This document shows positions 49,337-64,000 of a DNA stretch of 64,000 nucleotides, in pieces (position 1 is the first letter of the stretch; each line of letters starts with the position of its first letter). Source of the DNA: Eledone cirrhosa. Lineage: Eukaryota. Below the pieces are notes generated by a model that saw only the letters and a program-made list of their open reading frames with translations, was not told the DNA's origin and ran no database searches. The translations under genes and the position numbers were made by a program. Location: positions 5,146,001 through 5,210,000 of the forward strand of contig OZ024751.1 of the NCBI GenBank assembly GCA_964016885.1, in the 5' to 3' direction.

Positions 49337-50052
49337 TAAAAAGGAAAAGAAAGTGCTGACAAATTTTTCCCAGTGAAAAATAGTTTAATTAGGAATAAGT
49401 ATAAATTAGTAATAAGTATTAGTTAGTAATAAATATTGGTTAGTATTTAGTTTTAGTTTTAAGTTTTTACCGGTTGCGCATTTCTTATGCTTTTCAAAAA
49501 ATAATTTTGAGATAGAGAGCTCGTGATTTTTGCTCTAATCTGATCAGTTTTGGAAATTCTTCATGTTTTATGTGAAAAAAAGTGGCTTGGAAGGTATTAA
49601 AATTTTGTTGGTTGTTGAATGTCACGTGAATTAGCACTATAAATTTCGCGCCCATTCGTGTTGCTAAAATTCTCGTAGTCAAAACAATTTTGATTGGTCG
49701 GAAGAAGTCACGTGAATGTTTAAATTGATTTTAGCGCGAACTGGTTTCGCGCCAAATGTAGGTTGGTCAAAGAGTGTCCTTTTCTGCTTGATTGAGTGCA
49801 GTCATGTTGAGAGGTCAACAGTTCAGGTGTCTATTAAGAAAAATATGTGTGTGTGTGTGTGTAGCAAAGTGGTTCATTGTTGTGATAATGGAAATGAATC
49901 GGTCAGTAGGAATGTGTGTGTACGTGTGTGTGTGTGTGTGGGGGTATTTTAACATGTTGAAACATATTTTTTCAGCTCTCGTTTATACGGAGAAGTGTGT
50001 GTGTGTGTATGTCTGTCTGTATGTTAGTGAGCGCGTGTGCATGCGTGTGTGT

Positions 50053-50141
<89 letters not shown>

Positions 50142-51014
50142 GATGGACCAGTATTTTTGTGGTACTGGTAAAAATGGCGTACATTATTCGATATTTTCAG
50201 TCATTTGCAAAAACGATTCTCTCAAAAGAACATCAATAACATCAATAACAAAAGAGGGCAAATGATGTATAGTATTGTCATAACACCAAGGCATGTGTGA
50301 GGGTCCAAATTGTACGTACTGCAAGGGGAATCCATTAGGCCCTGCCGTATGGGATACTTGTGTACAAATATGTATGCTCCCATCAATGTGCAATACATGT
50401 GTGCGTATGTGTATGTGTGCGTGTCGGCACGTGTATATCTATAAACATCAAAAGGTATGCACATTTGTGTATATTTGTGTTGCACCATAGAACATGTGTT
50501 TTTACGTATGTCATTGTGTTTATAATTGGATAGAAATGTATCTAGGTATGTATGCTGATGTAGGTATGTATGTCAACGTGTGTATCTTCTGGGTTCGTCT
50601 TAGGAAGAAGTGTTTAGACGGGGTCTGTATTTGTTAATAAAGTGAGATTCCTTGCTGATGCGCTGGGTGTGGGTGGCATTATCTTTAAATTTGTAGAGGG
50701 GAAAAATTCTAAAGTTGGGATGATTTTGGGCAGCACAGGTTTCAATGTGTTCACTTAATGCTATTTTTCTGTATTCCCGTATTTTGATTTGGGATCTATG
50801 GACAGTCACGTGTTGGCGGAGGCTGTTTTTAGTCTGACCTATGTATTGTTCTCGACAACCTGAGCAAGTTAATACATATATTAGGTTTTCTGAAGTGCAT
50901 GTGAAATTGTGTTTTACTATAAAACGTTATCCTTGTTTGAAATAGAATTCCAAACCCTCTATTAGGTTGATGCATATACCACAGTTGGGTCTATCGCATT
51001 TTTTTTACTGTGGG

Positions 51015-51016
<2 letters not shown>
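49333..51016 (-). mobile_element. 5'-truncated Neptune-type PLE (GIY-YIG remnant + 3' terminus)
   Basis: Minus strand NFTCTSENLIYVLTCSGCREQYIGQT..HIETC..FPLYK (50600-50990). Degenerate U3/A8 HHR at ~49464-49500 (GAAAC changed to GCAAC). Confidence 0.8.
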
Positions 51017-51101
<85 letters not shown>

Positions 51102-51102
<1 letters not shown>

Positions 51103-51645
51103 GAATGTATATATAGTGTATTTTGCATTACACTGTATGCTTAATTAAAAGCATTTTGAAGACCATGCGCTAATGTTTTAAAGTAGCGACATTGTCGCTT
51201 ATTTCAATTTTCGAAGGTCAGGGGGAGACAAGTTGACAGCGCTGTTTCGTACTAATTGGTACTTGTATATTGCTATTTCATATATATCGCTATATATCGC
51301 TATTTCAGAGCACCAATTCTAATTTTCAATTTCTGCTGGGCCGGCGACCGCTTTGTAAAATCAGTTCCTGATTGTTACTGGAATCCTATAAGAATCCAAC
51401 ATACATAATTTTCGGCAGTCGAGGAGAGTACTGAGTTTTGACAAGTACCAATTAGTACGAATAAGCGGTGTCAACATATCCCCCCCCCCGACTGCCGAAA
51501 ATTTAAGTAAGCGACAATGTTGCTACTTTAAAACAATAGCGCATGGTCTTCAAAATGCTTTTAATTAAGCATACAGTGTATTGCAAAATACACTATATAT
51601 ACATTCATATATATATCGCTATTTCAGAGCACCAATTCTAATTTT

Positions 51646-51647
<2 letters not shown>
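51102..51647. mobile_element. Family D, diverged copy in inverted arrangement
   Basis: Plus partial 51102-51265 and minus unit ~51299-51647. Confidence 0.75.
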
Positions 51648-51678
<31 letters not shown>

Positions 51679-51839
51679 GGGATAACAAGTTATCGTTATA
51701 GGTAATCCAATTAGAGGTTGTGAGTACTCTGCGTCGTAGATAGTTTTAACGTACGGCTTTGTTTGACTCAACAAGATGCTTTCATAGTTATGCAGCGAGT
51801 TCGCGGTAATGTCTATGCAGGTTATACTTGGAGTAATAA

Positions 51840-55180
<3,341 letters not shown>

Positions 55181-55732
55181 ATTCTAACTAGGAGACCGAA
55201 TGAATCTCCGCTTCAGAGTTAAGAATAAAGTAAATAAATACAATACAGGGTTAATAGAAATTAAATAAATGCATACACACATTCAAATACGTACATACAC
55301 AAGCATACGCAAAACACTTGCCATAGGTGTACAAAACCACGCACATATAAATATGTGTGTGTGTGTGTGTGCGTGTATACAAATAAATAATTAAATAAAC
55401 GTATATAAATAAATAAATACGTATATAACAAGCGCACCCACATACCTACATGTAAATACACAAATGTTCGAAGACGTAAGTCAGCCAAAACATGAAGTAC
55501 ACATATACACACACCCTACATACGTACGAACCTGCATACACACGCAGACGCAAAACTCCCGTATACATATAACCAAACTATATGTACCAGAAAATATAAA
55601 AAATGTATACGCCACAACATAATCAATCAAATATACGTATGAGAAAGTATACGTACCTTCACAAAACATACAGGTAATATATACTTACCTATGCAAATAA
55701 GTAATGGTATAAACAAAACATATACTTAGCTA

Positions 55733-55810
<78 letters not shown>

Positions 55811-55939
55811 ACATATATATATATACACAACAACACCAGCAGCTCTCTCTCTCTTCCATTCTCCTTCTCTGACTCCTCTCCCTCTTTCAATTTACTCTCT
55901 CACAACCACTATCTCTTTCTCTTTATCCTTCTCTCTCTC

Positions 55940-56125
55940 TGTTTATGAAGTACTCAGAATAAACCATATCTCGGGAACCCGTGCTTCGATTTACGCGAAA
56001 CTTGTTTTATTCCATTTGTATTACCATTTCAGGGTCAACTTCCTTTCAAAGTATTTTCCCATTATGCGCCCTTTTGGTTGTATTAGATTACAGACAAGCA
56101 AGCAATCACAGACTTTTAGTATTAT
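55940..56125 (-). mobile_element. Non-autonomous repeat, Helitron-like 5' end
   Basis: Reverse-complement homologue of 63128-63315. Confidence 0.55.
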
Positions 56126-56509
56126 TTATATTGATAATATTATATATTAAATATATATAGATGTGTGTATTGTATATTAAGTATCTATAGATGTCTATTG
56201 CATATTAACTATATAGAGATGTCTGTATTGTATATTAAATGTATATACATGTCTGTATTGTATACTAAAAGGCCTTTTCGTATTTAGGACAACATGATCG
56301 GAGAAAGATTTTGCTATTGTTATCTGCAGATCCATCAACGATATAGAGGCAGCCTAGTAAGGTAGTAAGGGAGAAGAAAATAGAATAGGTAATCCAGAAT
56401 TAAATGTAAAGTTGGACGAAAATATAAGAGGAAGCCCAATAAAGTCCACAAATACAAAACTAATTAGTAGGAAAATAAAGGTGTTTAATCTATGTACACG
56501 GTGACTAGT

Positions 56510-57060
56510 AATGTAGGTGAGGAGCAAGTCAATTAAATCGATCCTTGTACTTGATTTGTACTTTATTTTATCTATCCTTTAAGGATGAAATGTAAAGTTG
56601 AGCTTTGCTGGATTTGAACTTAGAATGTTAAAGGCCGGAACAAAATGCTACTATAAGGTTTTCTCAATGTTCTGCTCTTTGGAAGGAATGTAATGAAAGT
56701 GATGAATGTGGAGGCACATGGCCTAGTGGTAAGGGTGTTGGACTTACGATCATAACGTTGTGGGTTCGATTCCTGGAATGAGTTGTGTTGTGTTCTTGAG
56801 TAAAACACTTCATTTCACATTGCTCCAGTATACTCAGCTGAAAATGCGTACCAACAATAGCTGGGGGTTTAACCCTGCGATGGACTGGTGTCCAGTCCAG
56901 GGGGAGTCCTGTACTTTCAGTCGCTTCATGCCACATAAACAGGCATAATTACCAGCTTGACGAGTCTCCTGGCCTGAGACTTTAACGATGAAATGTAAAA
57001 TGGAGCTTGGTGGGATTTGAACTTAGAATGTTAATAGCCGGAATAAAATGCTGCAATGCA
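56510..57060. mobile_element. SINE cluster; tRNA-derived SINE on + at ~56710-56975
   Basis: A-box TGGCCTAGTGG, B-box GGTTCGATTCC, CORE-like GTTGTGTTCTTGAGTAAAACACTT. Flanked by decayed minus-strand SINE pieces (GGATTTGAACT). Confidence 0.75.
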
Positions 57061-57506
57061 TTTGTTTTCCAACGCCATTTCTCCATATTCTGGTCTTTGG
57101 AAGCGATATAATGAAAGAGATGAACGTCATATTGCGAAGACTGTGAGCCATGTTAGTGTAGCTGTAGATTATATGGAGAAATGTCTCGTAAAAGAAGTAT
57201 AGGAAGATTAATAAGTAGAAGGTAAAGATGGAGAAATATGATGGACAATGCCCGGAGAATGGTAGTTCATCACCGAACAAAGATGGACGTTGTGTCACTT
57301 GGTGTGTAAAGTATGGCAGATTTCGGGAATCGATTCTGATGGAGTGATTGATTTATTGATTATCTGATACATCAATACTGTGGCTAAACTAATAGCGAGA
57401 TATTGTGCTGATTTTCTTTACTGAACGGAAAAGGAAATACATGAAATAGATGGGCACAGTAGAGATATCCTCTAAACAATAGACAATGGACTTTTGGTAG
57501 GATTTG

Positions 57507-57629
<123 letters not shown>

Positions 57630-58464
57630 GTATGCATATATTTATATGTATGCATATATATACAAATGTGTGTGTGAGTACATATATATATGTATGTGTA
57701 CCCACATACACACATAAACATACACATGGAACATGCACACACATGCACACACACACACATATGTATATATATCATGTAAGAAGCAGAGGGCAACATAGCA
57801 TACACAGCACACTTGTCAATTATAGGAAGTAGAAAAGTATATTAGGAAATGTGGACGAGAAGCTGATACGTGAAGCTAGGAAAATCAATGGCGAATACAT
57901 GGAAGCTGAAATGGATTATAAACAAAATAATAAGAGCAAAAAAACCCCCTCCAAAATAACAATAAAAAGATGGATGTATGTAAATCTGGGAAAGAAGGAA
58001 AAAAAAGTGCTGCATTGTCAGTTTGTCAGGCAAAAAGAAGACATTGTATCTAGTTTCATTGATCCCGAAAGAGTGAAAAGCAAATCGAGCTCAGCTGGAT
58101 TTATATTAAAAACGTTGAAGGGATGGAAGTATGTACTGGTGAAACGAAAATCACTGCCGCTCCCTTGATTTCTGTTATGGCACTCAACGTTTTAACGAGT
58201 TCCTCTGCGTGCCAAATTGAGATATGTTGTAGCTTTAGTAATCTTCAAAATCTCCTGAGATTTTTCTTATGCATTTCATGCTCTAAGGTGAAAATTCAGA
58301 AATATATGTTTATATACCAAAAAAATTGTTATTATCATGAAATTTCCTTGGGAATTATAATTTTCCTCGTTTGATAAAACCTTATAGAAACCTAACATAA
58401 CGGAATAAGTTATGTATTTGGTAAGTAAAGCATGAGTTGTAAGTTCAAATACATATATCTACAC

Positions 58465-58732
58465 CACAGGTTCTCAAAGTGGGCGCTACCGCCCTCCCGT
58501 GGAGCATTGAGAAGGTCCAGTGGGGCACTGGTGCCTAAGGAGGCGCTAGGGGTCGGTGGTGCGGTAGATCGTTGGTAAGTTTTTGTAAAATTTTCTATAC
58601 AAAAACAGAATTTATTGTGTGAAAATTTATATTGTTTGATAGATTAACACCCAGGCTGAATTGTCAGCTGGGTGGTAATCTCAGTTTTCGCCCCACAGGG
58701 GCGGAAATTTAATTAAAAATATTATTGAGAAG
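58465..58732. mobile_element. Possible decayed hAT-type MITE
   Basis: Starts CAGGTTCTCAAAGTGGG and ends ..TTGAGAAG; GC-rich subtermini; no clear TSD. Confidence 0.3.
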
Positions 58733-59730
58733 TTTATAAAATGTTCCTAACTTTAACAATGTGTGACTTACAGCGAACGCTAGACAGCAAGAAGAGAAGG
58801 AAAGAGACAGATATAGGCGTTATATCTCCCTCTATTTCCATAGAAGTATTTATGGAGACAAATAACAACAAAACTTCATTTCGTAAAGAAATGGATATTT
58901 ACAACAACAAAAGATGAAAATAAGAGCCCACAACAGACACCAAAAAATACAGAAAATGCAGAATTTGAAACAATTGACACAACTACACACGAAAAAACCG
59001 ACAACAACAACAAAATTGAAAAAACAACATTCGCACAGACTGATAAACAAAACAGAGTACAAACACATCGACATAAGCAACTCCAAACAAATGTTGACCA
59101 ATGCAAAACAATTCATAACCTTTGAAGAAAAGGGTGGGTTTCATATAAACTCACCCTTGGAAATTAAACGAGAATTTGCCCCGGAAATCCAAAAAACAAA
59201 AAAAGAGACACCACAAAACCCCCCAAACTCCAATCACCAACACCGCCACAGACACAAACAACAACACAAACAACACCACAACCAAACCTCCCCTACCAAC
59301 CAAACAAACACCAACACCACCCCAAACACAAAAAAGAAAACCCACAGACGAACAACAAACTAAAACAACACAACCAAAACAAAAACAACAATATACATAC
59401 ATCAACACCAACAACAACAATTTGATGGAGGTCATCTCATAGGACCCCAAAGTGGAGACTGAGGGGAAAACTTTTGTAAAAGCAGGCTCTCTACCACACC
59501 TAAAACTAATAAGGGTTTCGAAAGAAACCTATCAGAAATTGAAAGAACAGTTTTCGCAGAATGTTGGCAACCTCTGTCAAAAAACCTATTAACCGCGTCT
59601 TATTAAAATGTTTCCCCACCCAACCCAATACCCCCACCAGAACTGAAATGGAGATTGAATAACCCGATCTCCAGAAAACGAAAAGGTAAGTGCACCTTTT
59701 CGTCCTTTTCGCCAACTCTTCTCCACCAAC

Positions 59731-62700
59731 ATGGCTGACTTACGAGATGGAAGCGGGCATGTGCGTGGCCTAGGGATGCCCTGGAAACAAGGCCAACTTT
59801 TAAACGACCTTAGGTCACACGGTATAGATGTAATAGCCATCACCGAGTCCAGGATCCGCAACAGGTAGCAACTAACCCCCATCTTCAATGGCTTTGAGAT
59901 CTACGCATCTCTCTGTCAGTCGGGAGGTGGAGGGGTAGTGACTGTCATGTTTCGGAAAAACCTGGATCTCGAAGTACAGCAAGTACACTTGGACCCGGAG
60001 GGTAGACTGGTGGTCCAATATGTGAACAGTATTGGAGGTGGAGCCTTCAGACTGGTGGCCAGACTTCTTTAGGCGTCTTGAGTCTTTTCTGGGAACGTTT
60101 CGCTCCTTGCTTTTAGTGGGGGACTGGAATGGTATCCTAGATGCACGATGGGACTATGTGGGAGCATGTCCCAGTAGAGCGGGGTGCAACAGCCTCAAAA
60201 ATCTAATCGGCCATTTCCAACTGGCTGATAGATATCGACTAGATTTCCCAAATGCACCACAATGGACGTGGGAAAACTGCAGCGGGACATCTAGATCGTA
60301 TCTAGATAGGTTTTTCATTAGATAAAAGGACAAGAAGATGTTAAGCTGTCCACAAATACACATGGTTGCCTATTCAGATCACAAACTAGTCGTATGCATA
60401 GTCAACCGTGATTGAGTACATAGACAATGACCCGGATACTGGCAGCTGAACGTGTCGTTGCCGGCACGAAAAGCCTACAGTGAACGGATAAGTAGATTAG
60501 TTAATCAAGAGTTGACGGGAGCCATCGTCAACAATAGATGGTGGTACTCTCTCAAGAGAGCAATTAGAGTAGAATCGATAGGGTTTAGCAGAGAATTAGC
60601 TTTACAGAAAAACAAATCAAAACAGAACTAGTAGCCAAAGTTGAAGAGGCGCTTAGGAGTGGCAACGCAGCTAGAGTGCTAGCATCGAGAACGGCACTGG
60701 ACCAGTTCTTCGACGCGAAACACGAAGGCTGCGTGGTCAGAAGTAAATCACGTGCTCTAGGAAACGAGGGAGCAAAAGCTGTTAGCTGGGCCCGAGTGGC
60801 GGAAGCGAAAAGTGACAAAAAGTCCACGATTCGGTCTTTGAAAGACCAAAACAGACGCGTGCTACTTGACCCCAGGCAGATATGCGAGGCCTTTCAGCGG
60901 TACTTTGCGCGACTGTTTGAGCAGAACGACGGTGCACAGAACGGGGCAATGGACTTTGGTTCATACCTCGACGGCCTGCCGCGTCTCTCAAGCATGGACG
61001 CCGAGTTCTGGGAAAGACCGATCACAGCCACTGAGATACGGGTTGCTCTGGGCCGCTGCAGGAAACGCAAATCACCCGGTCTAGATGATCTACCCTATAG
61101 GCATGCCGGACTTGTTCTCTGGCGTCCTCGAAGCCGTCTACTGCAATTGGCAGCAGAACGGGACAATTCCCAGTTCTGCAGGCAAGGGTGTAGTAACGCT
61201 GATCAGGAAAGACGAGAACAAGCGAGACGAAATAAACAATTTTAGGCCCATAACTCTGCTCAACACTGAGTTAAAGATTTTGGTCAAGGTGCTAGCAACG
61301 AAGCTGGCGCTTGTCGTCGAAAACCTGGTAGGGAAAGCGCAAACGTGTGCAATCCCGACCAGGTCCATACACGAGAACCTCCACCTCATGCGATAGATCA
61401 TAGAGAGGGTGGGGTGTAAACTCTGGTTCGGTGGGGCTCTGATCAATTTAGATCGGTCTAAGGCATTCGATAGGGTCGACCATCGATACTTGGAAGCGGT
61501 TCTCAAGGCGGCCGATTTCGGTCCCGTTTTCAGGGGCTGGATCAAGGCAATTTTACACCAGCATCTGCTCGAAGGTCAAGGTGAACGGCTACCTATCGGA
61601 GCCGTTCACAATCACGCGTTCAATTCGACAGGGATGCCCTCTCTCCTCCATTCTGTACGTATTGACTCTAGAGCCACCACTGCGGAAGTTGGAGCTTTTG
61701 CAAGGCATCCCTTTAGAACCGGGACTGCGAAAAGCGGCGTCGGCTTATGCCGGCGACGTGACGGTAATGGTGTCGAAAACCTCGGAAATCGAGGTAATCA
61801 GCAACCTACTACAGGAATACAAAAGGTTCACAGGAGCAAAACTGAACCCGGACAAGTCTGTCGGTTTGCAACTCGGAACGTGGAGAGGCAAACCGATGCC
61901 GTCCGACAGCGTCGTCGGACGCTGGACGGAAGGACCGGTGAAATTGCTCGGGGTCTGGTTCGGTCCAAACCTCCAGGTGGAGAAAAACTGGAACGAGGTC
62001 ATGACCAAGGTATTTGCGCTCACCCTGAAATGGGCAGAGTGCAAACTGTCTTTGAAAGGTCGAGCGGAGGTGGCGAACACTTTCATAGCGTCCGTCATCT
62101 ACTACCGCTTGACTGTCGTGCCTTGTCCCCGTGAATACCTCACCAAGATGGAACGCATGCTCTTCCAGTTCCTGTGGAAGAAGCAGGATCCACTGGTGAG
62201 GAGATCCGTCTGCTGTAAACACCCTTCCAACGGAGGGCTGGGCATGCTGTGGCTAATGATGCGCAAACATGCACTGAGACTACGGCATCTTCAGGTATTC
62301 CTCACCGACTAACCGGTGTGGGCACTGTTTTTGAGACAAGCCTTCCCACAACTTGTCTCGCTGACGGAGCTGCAGTCCTGGATCAAGCGAAGACCGAAGA
62401 AGATGGGCGCCTGGCATATTGATTGCGCCCAGGCGCTCACAGTCCTCTGTCAAGCGGGCACAGCAATCAGTGGAGACTCTACTTCGACATGCTATAGAGG
62501 GTTAGTACTTTACAAGTGCGACGACGTGTTCGGGGAGACTCTAGGCGTCGAAGACGACGAGCTCACCAGTCTTTTCGGTAGGACTTTCCACGCGGGACCT
62601 ATGGACAACTTCCAGAGGTCCCTGACCTGGCAGTGCTACCGAGGAGCTCTACCCGTTCGAGATAAAATCTACAGGCACGAAAGCCCCGGCAGGGACCCTT

Positions 62701-63044
62701 CCAAGAGGACGTGTCCAAGATGCGGGCAGGACATTGAAACGGTCTTGCACGCAATTGTACACTGCCCATGTGATTGGGTCTTCTCTGTTTATAAGCCTGT
62801 AGGTTAAAGAAGAGAGCAAAAGGAAGAAAGGAGCACTTGCACAACATGCTCCTGAAGTTGAGGGTTGTTCTATCGACGGGGTATTAAACAACCCATTTGT
62901 GGCGTCTCCCCACTTTTGGGGATTTCGATTGTTATAATTGTTTGTTTGTTTTATATTTTTTTTTAACAAGACTGTATGTAAAATCCCCGGCATGTGTCTT
63001 TATATTGTCCCATTTTCTTGTGCGCCCTTGTGGCAAATAAAGAA

Positions 63045-63047
<3 letters not shown>
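59731..63047 (+). mobile_element. Tx1/L1-type LINE ORF2 pseudogene (APE + RT + CCHC) with 3' UTR, followed by (ATCT)n
   Basis: APE: HVRGLG, VIAITES, LVGDWN, SYLDRF, SDH. RT: KSPGLD, FRPITLLN, KAFDRVDH, IRQGCPLS, AYAGDVT. C-terminal CPRC..H..C. Many stops and frameshifts. Confidence 0.92.
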
Positions 63048-63127
<80 letters not shown>

Positions 63128-63128
<1 letters not shown>

Positions 63129-63312
63129 ATCTATATAATACTAAAAGTCTTGCTTGCTTGTCTGTAATGTAATACAGCCAAAAGGGCGCATAATGGGAAA
63201 ATATTTTGAAAGGAAGTTGCCCCTGAAATGGGAATACAAATGGAATAAAACAAGTTTTGCGTAAATCGGACCACGGGTTACCGTGATATGGGGTTTTTCC
63301 GGATACCTTCAT

Positions 63313-63315
<3 letters not shown>
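63128..63315 (+). mobile_element. Non-autonomous repeat, Helitron-like 5' end
   Basis: TCTATATAATACTAAAAGTCT start; second copy at 55940-56125; followed by (GA)n. Confidence 0.55.
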
Positions 63316-63385
<70 letters not shown>

Positions 63386-64000
63386 GAGAGAGAATGGAAG
63401 AGACAGAGCTGGTGATGTTGCTGTGTATATGTGAGTGTAATGGATATATACATGTGTGTGTATGTGTGTGTATGACCAGTGTATATAGATCACAGACACC
63501 CACACACACATATATATATACACACACACATACATATATATTTATATATATACACACATTTATATATATATACACACACGTACATATATATTTATGTATA
63601 CACACACACATTTATATATATACATACACATATATATATATATACACACACACATACATATATATTTATGTATAGACACACACACACATTTATATATATA
63701 CATACACGCACATATATATATATATATACACACACACATACATATATATTTATGTATACACACACACACATTTATATATATACATATACACATATATATA
63801 TATATATACACACACACACATGAAATAGGGGTATGGTTATGGCCCAATTGGTGTTCAAACCAGGATCAAATGATCCCCCCGGTCTGACGACGACCTCTGA
63901 ATGTGGAACCCAGAGCCTATGAATGTAGAACTCGATTTTTTACCAATAAAAATTTTGCCACTAATATTATTGTAATATTTTTTATTTCTTGTCCAATTCT

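Noticed and set aside
56710-56777. tRNA gene
   Set aside because: A and B boxes are present, but it has no proper acceptor stem and continues into a SINE body.
58850-59730. ORF1 of the Tx1/L1 element
   Set aside because: This is A/C-rich low-complexity sequence with no continuous frame or zinc knuckle recognised.

Overview
AT-rich, microsatellite-saturated eukaryotic intergenic DNA with no recognisable host gene. The SINE types and repeat mix suggest a cephalopod (octopus-like) genome, which is an inference. Almost all ORF-track hits are microsatellite artefacts. The real content is mobile DNA: (i) at least six decayed Penelope-like elements (PLEs; RT + GIY-YIG) of two types; (ii) a 10.8 kb nest of R4/Dong-type RLE LINEs from two families sitting in (TAA)n; (iii) a Tx1/L1-type LINE; (iv) an internally deleted Helitron with both termini; (v) tRNA-derived SINEs; (vi) a ~530 bp satellite array; (vii) many fold-back inverted repeats from 0.1 to 4.3 kb. 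The unexplained signal is about 17 type I hammerhead-ribozyme (HHR) motifs read by eye on both strands, ranging from canonical to degenerate. They have paired stem I, a CUGANGA or U3/A8 UUGANAA core, stem II, GAAA and a mostly palindromic stem III. They lie in PLE 3' termini and in the arms or spacers of non-coding fold-backs embedded in (TA)n. The satellite and a 320 bp tandem family carry weaker HHR-like cores and also end in inversions, which resembles retrozymes. Ribozyme activity, expression and element clades are untested, and coordinates were counted manually.
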